Part shown: piece by piece, positions 1-9,779 of the stretch
Layout of the letters: every line of letters begins with the position of its first letter
Position numbering within the stretch: position 1 is the stretch's first letter
DNA from: Schmidtea polychroa
Lineage: Eukaryota
Length of the DNA stretch: 64,000 nucleotides
Direction of reading: 5' to 3'
NCBI GenBank assembly: GCA_044892525.1
Contig: CM097886.1
Location: 92,194,001 to 92,258,000, forward strand
The notes under the pieces: model-generated
What the model was told of the DNA's origin: nothing
The model's database searches: none
Seen by the model: the letters and a program-made list of their open reading frames with translations, nothing else
Translations under genes and position numbers: made by a program

Positions 1-205
1 TTGCATAAAGTATGACATTTTCAAAATGTTACATACAAATATTAAAAAATAATAAATAAATAATATTTCTACAAAAATTATAACTTAAGGGGAAATTTTT
101 TCAACATAATAAAAATTATAAATGATTTTCATCAAACTTACAAAATCAAGATCATAGATATCATTTAAAAAGACAAATGTTTATTATATTTTAAAAATGA
201 TATAA
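1..205 (-). repeat. Left arm of perfect inverted repeat flanking the RING gene (runs off the window start); equals the 3' flank of the gene
   Basis: 1-205 is the exact reverse complement of 1867-2071 when read base by base (pos 1 pairs with 2071, 205 with 1867, first mismatch at 206/1866). Confidence 0.95.
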
Positions 206-415
206 CTTAGTTCCAAGCATTTTTTGGTTTAACAGATTTGACAAGCTTATTCAAATTTTATATATTTCTCTTTGAATTGTTTAGATAAAATGGATGAATT
301 CGACTCTTTCTAACATTCGTATGCTCTTGACCAATTTCTCATAATTTTTAAATGGAATTCCTTTGTTTATAATATTTTCTATATCCAACATATATGTTAT
401 AAAAGATTTAATCAT

Positions 416-1846
416 TTACCGAAATTCGTAGAAATATGTCAATTGTTCATATTCGTAATTCATATTAAAATTTTCTCTAAATAAATCTACGCAGTACTCC
501 ATGCATTTTAGTTTAGAAAACTTTCCACTCGAGAACCGCAAATATTCGTAATTGACCATTTCATTAAATTGACGTTTCACATCCAAAATCAAATTATTAT
601 TAAGATTTGTATTTTGCAATGTTTCCAATTCCGACAACAATGCATTTAACAAATCAAATAACTTTTTATTTGACTGACAAACCGAAAAGAAATTGTCGTA
701 ATGACTTTTCATTTCTTGGCAATCGTCAATGGCAAAAAACCTTTCGATTTCAGTGAAATTTCTCTTTAAATACATTTCAGTTGTCTCTCTTTTGATATAA
801 TTCGTAAATGAAATGTTAATGAGAGAATTCCTGAATATATTTAGGTTAACTAATTTACATTTATCAAAAGGACAACTTCCATAAGAAATCAAATATTTTC
901 TAGTGCATGACAAACACAATTTGTGAGCACAATTCGGAAATCCAGAATAAATATTGCAATTGATTGATTGGCTACAAATTAAGTATTTATCAACGTCTGA
1001 TTCGTTGATATTTGGTTGGATCGCTTGAAATATTGATTTATTGTTTCTCACTAAATTAATCGACTTGCTGATAATGAATTGAACAATTTCTTTCAAACTT
1101 TTGAAATCGTTTTCAAAATTATTCAATAATTTTTCAAGTTTGTTTCTAGGAGGAAAATTTCCAATATAAATTTCAACAGGTTCCGAAAATTCATGAATTG
1201 ACAAATTAAGATTCAATGAATTTATACTTTTTAGATTTTTTATTAATAAATGGTCTTCTTCATTGGAATATTTCTTTGAATTTGATAGAAACAATTCACC
1301 TAAACGGTCCGTGGTAACTTTTATTGATATTTCGGTAGTCACTGATTGAAATAGTCTGTCGAATAATTGTAATTCGGTTTCAGAAACTTCAGTGTTACTT
1401 TTATCAATCCATTTTTTAATTAATTTTATGAGATTTTTCAAATTCATCATGACGGTGTTAGTAGTCTCTGTAATCTTCAAAAGGCTGTCAGTAATATCCT
1501 GATCTAATTTCTTCAGAAATGAATCATAGTTAAATTTTATTACCAATTCATTGTAGTCTATCAAAGGTAAATTATTAGGATTTACTGATAAATCTTTGAT
1601 ATATTTAATCACTCTTTGATCTAGAGGACACAAGGTTTTTTTAGTTTTCAATGTCATATATTGCTCAAGAGAGTCACAGTTAAATAATAATTGCAAAGTA
1701 CAATCTTTACAAAATGAATGACCACATGGAATAAATGTTACGAAATCATTATTTTCGAGACTATCGTAACATATGTAGCACTCGTCATCTTCTGTGACAG
1801 TTTTCATTTCCTTATTTAACTCTTCATTTGAATTTGTTTTTTTCAT
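416..1846 (-). CDS. Intronless RING-finger protein (putative E3 ligase) with an N-terminal C3HC4-type RING and a second degenerate RING
   Basis: 476-codon ORF from ATG at 1846 (the track start at 1849 is TTG). RING1 is CYIC...PCGHSFCKDC...LCPLD; RING2 is CSQSINC...PNCAHKLCLSC...SCPFD; helical segments follow each. Confidence 0.8.
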   Translation of the reverse strand: MKKTNSNEELNKEMKTVTEDDECYICYDSLENNDFVTFIPCGHSFCKDCTLQLLFNCDSLEQYMTLKTKKTLCPLDQRVIKYIKDLSVNPNNLPLIDYNELVIKFNYDSFLKKLDQDITDSLLKITETTNTVMMNLKNLIKLIKKWIDKSNTEVSETELQLFDRLFQSVTTEISIKVTTDRLGELFLSNSKKYSNEEDHLLIKNLKSINSLNLNLSIHEFSEPVEIYIGNFPPRNKLEKLLNNFENDFKSLKEIVQFIISKSINLVRNNKSIFQAIQPNINESDVDKYLICSQSINCNIYSGFPNCAHKLCLSCTRKYLISYGSCPFDKCKLVNLNIFRNSLINISFTNYIKRETTEMYLKRNFTEIERFFAIDDCQEMKSHYDNFFSVCQSNKKLFDLLNALLSELETLQNTNLNNNLILDVKRQFNEMVNYEYLRFSSGKFSKLKCMEYCVDLFRENFNMNYEYEQLTYFYEFR

Positions 1847-1866
1847 CAAAATAATATTATTATATT

Positions 1867-2071
1867 TTATATCATTTTTAAAATATAATAAACATTTGTC
1901 TTTTTAAATGATATCTATGATCTTGATTTTGTAAGTTTGATGAAAATCATTTATAATTTTTATTATGTTGAAAAAATTTCCCCTTAAGTTATAATTTTTG
2001 TAGAAATATTATTTATTTATTATTTTTTAATATTTGTATGTAACATTTTGAAAATGTCATACTTTATGCAA
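1867..2071 (+). repeat. Right arm of the inverted repeat (second copy of the RING-gene 3' flank, placed just upstream of the ATG)
   Basis: Exact reverse complement of 1-205; begins about 20 nt upstream of the RING ATG. Confidence 0.95.
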
Positions 2072-2989
2072 TTGTTTATTATATATTTATGTCTCATAAA
2101 TCCTTTAATAATTAATATTTTGGAAAGATATGAATTGTTTTAATATTCAAAATGAAATTTCTACACCTTTAAACATTTTGTAATTAGAATAAAATATCAA
2201 ATTGTTTATTTATTCGACTTAGTTGTGTTTTATACAAATTGCAATTATTTCAGTGATTTTTTATTATTTATTTTCCTTAAAATTTAAATATGAAATAATT
2301 TATAACAATTGAGGAAAGGTGATAGACTCTAAGATTATATTTTCCCATCAAAACCGATCCCCATTAAATCCAACCGACTATATCCCTTTAAAAATTGTAT
2401 ATTCCCATTTTAACCGATCTCTCACAAAATATTTCTACCCCTTTAAACATCAATATCTAACCAACTATATCCCTTGAGGTTATATCCTTTTTAATTCAGT
2501 CAATCCTCTTAAAGTCCTTAGAGAATTCTTCAAAAATATTAATATTCATTAACTGTTACAGACACCAAACATTCTTCCATTGAAATAATTTAGTATCTAT
2601 ATAATAAGAGCACACTAAAAGATTAAAATTCACTAAAATTTACACAACTATTTACCATCAAATATATAATTAAAGATGATATATATTGATTGATCATAAT
2701 TCTTCGACGATTCAACCAATCATTTTCATGCAATAATAGCAAACTGAATTTCAGTATATTCTACAATAATTTTCAAGTAAATTTGAAGTCCTTGATAAAG
2801 TTAACTGGTTTCTTAGCTTATGATTTTTAAAAGTTCATCAATGTGTAAATGGAAATATTCTTAGAAAATTATTTTAAAAATTATTTAGTCAAATTCAATA
2901 TCATTACAAAGTCAATTATAAATTACTGTATATCAATTTTTTGACCGATAATTTTTGCTTTAATTCAAAGATTTACCGTGCTTTTTTAG

Positions 2990-3370
2990 TGTAGACCCTT
3001 TTAGTATTGAAAATCTTAGGACTAGGAGACCCACCATAGTTTAATTAGAAAAATATTTGCTCTTTTAGTGATAGACGGATTTTCTATTGAATATTCCAGT
3101 ACCAAGGAGACTAACCTTAATTTACTTGACAAAATCGATGCTTTTTTATTGTAGACTGATATTTGTATTGAAAATATCCTGAGACCTTAAATTACTATTA
3201 TTTCCATATTGAAGAACGCCTTTTTATGTTGAATATATCCTGAGACCTTAAATTACCATGGTTTTTTTGATATTTGTATTGAAAATCCCAGGACAGGGGA
3301 GACCCCCTCACTATAGTGTGAAAAATCTTGGCCTTTTTTCTATAGAGCCTATCTAAATGTATTGAAAAAA
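2990..3370. repeat. Degenerate ~80-bp tandem repeat array (about 5 units)
   Basis: TAGAC at 2992, 3072, 3152; TATTGAA at 3005, 3085, 3166, 3277, 3360; GGAGAC/GAGACC at 3025, 3106, 3181, 3298. Confidence 0.7.
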
Positions 3371-3531
3371 ACATGTGTAGCCCACGGCAACAATTATGTA
3401 ATCAAAAAATGTAAGTTGCAACAAAAGTTGCAAAAATGTTTATTCCCCCCCGCTACCCGGGGGAGTAATTGTTGCGGGGATGCCCTAACTACCTACTCTA
3501 ATAATATTTTGAAAAATAATAATAATTTTAT

Positions 3532-3636
3532 TGACTCATCGGATGACTCATATGATCCTGAGAATGACCTTGAATGAGTCATGCGATGAAGGGGCATATG
3601 GTCTCGCGGGCACCAATCCATCTAGTTATATATAGA
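3532..3636 (+). promoter_or_regulatory. Putative Pol II promoter of RING copy 2: three AP-1 sites, CCAAT box, TATA box
   Basis: TGACTCA 3532-3538 and 3544-3550, TGAGTCA 3575-3581, CCAAT 3613-3617, TATATATAGA 3627-3636; ATG at 3804. Confidence 0.55.
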
Positions 3637-3803
3637 TATACACGAATCGAAAGAATTAAAATATTGTGTAATTCAAATACAGGAAATATTTAAATTTTTA
3701 ATGAATTTTAATACATTTATTAAATTAATAAACAATTATATTTTATTTTTTGTAATTAAAATATAATTGTTTGAATAAAACAAAATATAATAATATTATT
3801 TTG

Positions 3804-4290
3804 ATGAAAAAAACAAATTCAAATGAAGAGTTAAATAAGGAAATGAAAACTGTCACAGAAGATGACGAGTGCTACATATGTTACGATAGTCTCGAAAATA
3901 ATGATTTCATAACATTTATTCCATGTGGTCATTCATTTTGTAAAGATTGTACTTTGCAATTATTATTTAACTGTGACTCTCTTGAGCCATACATGACATT
4001 GAAAACTCAAAGACCCTTGTGTCCTCTAGAGCAAAGAGTGATTACATTAATCACCGATAGTGATTGTTGTTATATCTTTACTTAAATGTAATTTGGATAT
4101 AGAAAATATTATAAACAAATGTATTCCATATAAAGACCATGAAATATTGATTATGAGAATTGAAATGTTAGAAAAATGTTTTAGGCATCCTTTTAATCTA
4201 AAAGATTTAAATAATAATATTGAAAAACTGAATGAATTTGTCAAATCTGTCAAACCGAAAATGCAAGGAAATAAGTTATCAATTTTAAAA
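3804..4290 (+). pseudogene. Second RING-gene copy, internally deleted (RING1 joined out of frame to the C-terminal tail)
   Basis: 3804-4044 is near-identical to the first ~80 codons of 416-1846. From ~4060 the sequence (LDIENIINKCIPYKDHE...VKSVKPK) matches the degenerate coding-like tail at 206-415 of copy 1; the intervening ~1.2 kb is missing. Confidence 0.85.
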
Positions 4291-4475
4291 TATAATAAAT
4301 ATTTGTATTTTTACATGATATTTATATATAATTTATATAATTATTATTTATATTTTATAATTTTTATTATGTTGATAAAATTTTCTCAATATATTTGTAT
4401 AATTTATTCAATATATTCTCAAAATATTTGTAGAAATATTATTTATTTTTCACTTTTTAATATTTGCATGTGATG
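4273..4475 (+). repeat. Diverged third copy of the RING-gene 3' flank
   Basis: AAGTTATCAATTTTAAAATATAATAAATATTTG...TTATAATTTTTATTATGTTG...TTTGTAGAAATATTATTTATTT aligns with 1867-2045. Confidence 0.8.
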
Positions 4476-4562
4476 GTTTGAACATATATTTATATATTTT
4501 TCAAAAAATAATATCACAGTAAAAGTTTATGAAACATTCAGAAATGCACTTATTGAGTATTT

Positions 4563-5130
4563 TGTGCAACTGGGTGTTACTGTGTGACTCCTTGTTGTCC
4601 TTTTATTAAGTAAATTGAACAACCCAACACAATTATATTTATTCGAAATTATCACAATTACACTTTTCTTCTATTACACATATTAATAAACAATTCCTCT
4701 TTATACAACTTTAAACAAGTTTATTTTCTCTACACACTTTTCAACTGGAATCTGAAACTTGTGCATAGATAAATCTTCCAACGGGACATGTTGCTTTCTG
4801 GTACGCTGAATTAAGAACGATTTAGTTAGCACTAAATTAAATTCTCCTTTGCTTCCTTTCTATTCTATCTTCAACCTACTGGCAATTATGTTCACTTGCA
4901 GGTCGCTTTTTTACCCGTCTCGTAATTTATTATCTCCTTTTCAAATTAATTTGGATACTTTTCCCCGGGTTTGCTCTTACCGATCTAATTTATTTGGGCA
5001 ATTTATTCATTTTTGAGAGTTTTCCCCAATTTAATTACTCGTCGGCTAATTCGATTGCCTCTAAGTAATTTGATTGACAACTCGGGTCCTCTCACACTGC
5101 TCCGATTTTCTATTAGGTAAATAATTTTTA
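4563..5130 (-). mobile_element. Probable solo-LTR fragment of the purine-rich LTR family
   Basis: Minus strand is purine-rich and ends ...AATAAAAGGACAACAAGGAGTCACACAG...TTGCACA, similar to the ends of 25252-26209 and 34950-35260; no TSD found. Confidence 0.4.
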
Positions 5131-5572
5131 ATTAATTCTAGTTTTTTGTAATTATTTCCTTATTTTTCAGTAAAAGAAGTTATTAAATAAAGGTTCTTTG
5201 TGGGAAAAAAACAAAGAACTTTTATTTAAAAGGTAGTTGAACTAGTGGGTATGAGCATTTTAATATCGCACTAAAATGATATTGATTTTTGAGTATCAGT
5301 AACATCCTGGTACTGAAAATATTATTATTTGAAATCACTTAGACACATGTATTTTATTAAAAATGGTTTATTGGTGCACAAAATATTCAATAAAAAAATT
5401 AATTTGTTTTAGAAATGGCCAGGCTACCTGCTAAATCACTGATCTGTCAGAAATAGTGGATTGAAAATTTTCCACTTGAACGAGGAATTCATAGTAAACT
5501 CAAGTCACCAGCTTTCGCTCATTACGTCCCTGCCCTTTGCACACTCCGACCGTGGCTACTACCGATTGAGTA

Positions 5573-5680
5573 AAATAATTTTCGACTATAACAAGACTAT
5601 AGTCGAAAATTATTTCATTTGTATTAAATATATTATTTGCATCAAAAGGCTTAAATTATCATTTAATTGTTTAAAATTCC
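5573..5680. repeat. Perfect 18-bp-stem hairpin; collapsed copy of the hammerhead-like palindromic family
   Basis: AAATAATTTTCGACTATA (5573-5590), 7-nt loop, TATAGTCGAAAATTATTT (5598-5615), followed by the family flank ...AAAAGGCTTAAATTATCATTTAATTGTTT. Confidence 0.8.
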
Positions 5681-7475
5681 ATTTTATACTAAACCCAAGA
5701 GAATTGTCAAAATGATTAGTTTTCCTTAACACTTAAACCACTGAAATAAAATTACGAGGACAAACCAAACTCAACCAAACTGACCGTTACAAGCAAACCA
5801 TGTGCTTGATCGTTTTCAAACCTGCAAATTGTGGTGTGTAGTTTTACAGACGAAAAACGGTCTTACTGTTTGGAAGGCGAAAATATGTATATATAATCCT
5901 TTTTAAAATTGTGTAAAAAGACAGAATTAATTTAAGAAAATAATTATTAGAAAAATTGATAGTGATTCCTGAGAATCAATTTTAATGAAGTATAATTGGT
6001 AATAAACGTTGGTACATGAATTTAATTTTTCAATAATTTAAAAATAATATAATTAATGCATTATTTAAAATCAAAATAGTAACTAAAAATTTAAATTTTA
6101 AAGTTAAATTTTTTTGTAATTAATTATAATCCCATAGGACTGGATTTATTGAGTGTTTTACTGTTGATTTACATAACATCAAATATTTTAATAATATCGC
6201 TCAATTTTGATTTTTATATCGACGTCTGATTAATTGTGAAAATAACTTATTTATAGTTTTGAAATTTCGAATTATTTATTTTCATTATATTTTTAATAAA
6301 TATTATTTGTTTAAATTTTTATAGTTTTTTTTGTTTTTAGTGTACCTTTTATAAAGATTATTTTATAATTGGTTCTCAAAATAAATTTTAATTAAAATTA
6401 ATATAAATTATTAGTAAAATCATTTTTAAATTTTATTTACATTTTTTTCTTTTATAATTTCATTTATCTTCCTTTAGATTTTGACTATAAATCAATATTT
6501 TTTCCTAATTAAGTCAAATAATATTACTTATTTAATCATCCTATAAATTATATTATTACATAAATATAAATATGATACTACTATCAATATTTGAAAACGA
6601 CCATCGAACATCATCAAGTTAAACCAAAAAATCTATATAGATTTTAAATTGCTTATTCAAATAAAACTTAATTTTTAGAAACTATAAACTAAATAATTTA
6701 TAAATTCATAAATGTTTTTATTAATCGATTCAGTCAACAAGTTCTGGGTCAAACTCTGTGTGTATTACATGACACTGAAGTGGCTAATGTAAACACAATC
6801 ATACACACTATTACATAATCAGAGAGTTATACATAACTCATCAGTATGTGAATTGTGTGTAATATTGCATAATGTTAATATTTTGTTTTCATGAATTGAT
6901 CGCCATTTATAATTGTAATGAATATCTTAAATTTATTACGTAACGTGAGTGATTAATTGAATGTTGGCTAAAGCTGTGATGTGAGAGTTGGTGATTGAAA
7001 GTCGTTAAAAGGAGGGTAAAGTTAGTGTGAGAGTGAAAAATGGGAAAGCCTGTGAAGTGGATCAAGACCATTAAAATCTTTTATATTACTATTGTACAAC
7101 AAAAGCCCTATGAAGGCAGGATTAGGGATGCATTTAATTATAACCAAAGACTTGGACAGTGAGCAGATCTTGCGTTTAAAAAAAAATTAACTATTTGAAA
7201 TAATAAAACAAAAAAACTTACTTTGTAATTTTAAATTAATTTATTAAATTTAAAATTATTCTAAACTAAAATTTAAGCAATAAAATTTACTTAACTTTTA
7301 ATTTAAGTTTTATATTAACTTAAAATTTATTTTAGAAATTTATAATACTTTCCCTTAAAAAAAATTATTTACTTGAAACCTAATGGTTCTTTAAAATTTT
7401 AACTTTGTTAAACGCAATTAAATTCAAATATTCTTCCAACATTTATTTATTAATTACAATATTACATTCTCGAAT

Positions 7476-7804
7476 ATGAGTATTGATACTAACAAACAAG
7501 ATGAGCCAAAATATGCGATGGTATTGCCGTATTCTGAAGGATATAAAGATTTCGAAAGAAAGATAGGTAAACAGCTGGGTAAATTGAATTATAGAATTGT
7601 TTCCAAACCGTGCAAAGTACTTAGTATGTTTGTTAATAAATCTCAAACGCCGGTTGGATTGTGTTCGGATCTCGTTTATCAATTCACATGTAATGGGTGT
7701 AATGCCACATACATTGGAGAGACTTCCCATCATCTCTGTACTCGAGTTCAAGAACACTGTCGACGGAAGGGAGTGTCCAATATTAAGTATCATAATAAAG
7801 TTTG
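7476..7804 (+). mobile_element. Penelope-like element family A, 5'-truncated; linker and N-terminal half of GIY-YIG endonuclease
   Basis: VLPYSEG...LVYQFTCNGCNATYIGETSHHLCTRVQEH; frame interrupted at the LTR insertion and resumes at 14786. Confidence 0.88.
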
Positions 7805-8433
7805 TGTAATGTATTGTAATTATTTATTTTTCTTGGTTTTGTTAACCGTATGTTATAAATGTAAATTACAATTCTTCACGTCGTACGTGGCGAAGGTTTT
7901 ATTTTATGTTTGTAAAAAAACAAACTATATAGTGATAATTTACTATGGTAAATTATCACTATAGGAAAAAATTGAATTTAAAAAAATCGATAACTACAAA
8001 TTAAAAAATTATCAAAACAAGAAACAGTAAATTGGGAAATTTCAAGATCCAACAGTTATAATTCGGAAGCTCTCCCAACGACTACTCAAAGGATTAGATC
8101 AAATACTCGTATAATCTCGAACCATACACTTACTTTTTCATATCCCATTATTATTCGAACTTAAAAAGCTTACTCAAAGATTAATCACTGAAGAAAAGCT
8201 ATATTGTCAGAAGTAACCTTATATTGGTTTTTAGTTAATAAAAATTTTAAAGTGTTATAATAATTGTTGTATATTAATTTGATTTTCTTTTTTATTGTAT
8301 TTTTCGCATCAAAACAAAACACAGCCTGCACCCCGATTGTCCCGCCACATTTGTTTTTATCGGTGACTCTTTCTGGCTCATCAATTTTCCTGATTGCATT
8401 AAATAACAATAAAAATAACATTATTACTTAACA
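7805..8433 (+). repeat. 5' LTR
   Basis: TGTAATG...TAACA; I counted 5 transitions versus the 3' LTR. Confidence 0.97.
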
Positions 8434-8435
8434 AT

Positions 8436-8447
8436 TGGTGTCAGAAG
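8436..8447 (+). other. Primer-binding site, tRNA-Leu(CAA)-type
   Basis: TGGTGTCAGAAG 2 nt after the LTR; complementary to the ...CUUCUGACACCA 3' end of animal tRNA-Leu(CAA). Confidence 0.7.
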
Positions 8448-8633
8448 CAAAGCAAACACAACACGACACTCGCATTCGACGTTTTCTTTCAATCACGAAA
8501 CCTTTCAGAATAGTTATTATAGAACTAAAGGCTAGTGACACTGTTGGCCGAACACAGTAGGCCATATCCTTCAAATAAACCACTATTTTATTTTGCACAA
8601 CAAACAATAAAAAAACTGCAACAAAACAAATAA

Positions 8634-9728
8634 ATGGCTTCAAACCAGCAAAACCCGACAAACAATACACAGATACCCAACAACTATGAAAATGCTCACT
8701 CACCGGAAAACATGAACCACCTATTCAACCCAAGCACCAACAACGCAAACACACACCCAACACACGAAAGCAGTAGTTATTATTACAACCCCGAAAATTC
8801 ATCCGCGGTAAACTCAATACTAAACCCCAAGGCAAACATCCCAAATTTTTTCACAAACGAAAATGGGACACCACAAAAATGGCTAGAATTTGCCAAATTA
8901 ACATTAAGCCTATCAGGCATTAAATCATCAAGAACAGTTTGTTCTCACATAATCGCTGCCCTTCCCAGCAACATCCTGAACGAGATAGCCGATAGAATAG
9001 AGGAAATATCAAAGGACGACAACCCTTTCGAAAATTTATACAACACTTTAATAAATCGGAACAAAGTAAACAGACGAGAACTACTCGAATCCTGCTTGAA
9101 AGATATCCAATTGGGTAATGACAAACCGTCCGAATTTCTGGGAAATCTAAAGACAAAACTCGAATACTTGCAACCAAAAATAACAAGTGCCGGGTCAAAA
9201 GAGTTCATCAAAGACCTTTTCATGCGCGCAATGCCACCTGAAATACGACGGATTCTAGCTGCCAGCAACTGTACAGACCTCGATACTCTGGCAAACATAG
9301 CAGACAAAATCAACGACGAAATATACCCAACAATATGTAGAACTTACCAAAACAAAAATTATTTTAAGAGCAACGAAAACAAACCTGTACACAATAGCTC
9401 AGAAACTACAGAAACGAACAAACTCCTCTCAACTCTGGTAACAAAATTCGACGAAATAATTATTGAAAACAAAAATCTTAGAAAAGACATAACCGAATTA
9501 CAAAGAAGAGAATCAAGGAGAACGCAATATTAAGAAAACAGACAAAATTATCCCAGACAAAATACACGATCTGGCAGCCGTAACAGCTTCGACAGAAACA
9601 AAACATGGAACAACCCTAATAAAGGCACAAACCAAAACTTTTGTTACTACCACAATAAATTTGGGAATCAAGCATACAAATGCAACAAACCCTGCACCTT
9701 CGACAAAGAAGAGTCGGGAAACATATAA
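8634..9728 (+). CDS. gag: Gag (one internal in-frame TAA at 9531-9533)
   Basis: The frame continues past the TAA to CYYHNKFGNQAYKCNKPC (CHCC knuckle) and ends SGNI* at 9728. Confidence 0.88.
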
Positions 9729-9779
9729 AGTCACCAATGATAGCACCGACATTAGGTGACAGCCAAACTTTCACGGTGC
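9716..9779 (+). promoter_or_regulatory. -1 ribosomal frameshift signal: G GGA AAC heptamer plus H-type pseudoknot
   Basis: GGGAAAC at 9716-9722 in gag frame; pol is in the -1 frame; 7-nt spacer; stem 1 GTCACCAATG 9730-9739 with CATT-A-GGTGAC 9750-9760; stem 2 GCACCG 9743-9748 with CGGTGC 9774-9779. Confidence 0.8.

Noticed and set aside
2990-3370. CRISPR-like reading of the 80-bp periodic array
   Set aside because: Whole units are degenerate copies rather than constant repeats with unique spacers; eukaryotic context and no cas genes.
3362-3577. 71-aa ORF across the promoter region
   Set aside because: TTG start, low complexity, no motif; better explained as regulatory DNA.
4545-5395. Short inverted match TTATTGA(G/A)TATTTTGTGCA around the LTR-like fragment
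   Set aside because: Only ~20 bp of AT-rich sequence, no TSD and no similarity beyond it.
6820-6845. Minus-strand CTGATGA followed by a GTTAT/ATAAC hairpin
   Set aside because: No GAAA after helix II, so not a hammerhead.
6916-7100. Purine-rich stretch starting TGTAATG that looks like a solo LTR
   Set aside because: No matching TSD or second copy.
8185-8421. Identical 78-aa minus-strand ORFs in both LTRs (also 14537-14773), and antisense ORFs across gag/pol
   Set aside because: Shadow frames of the LTR and of the A-rich coding strand; non-ATG starts and no motifs.
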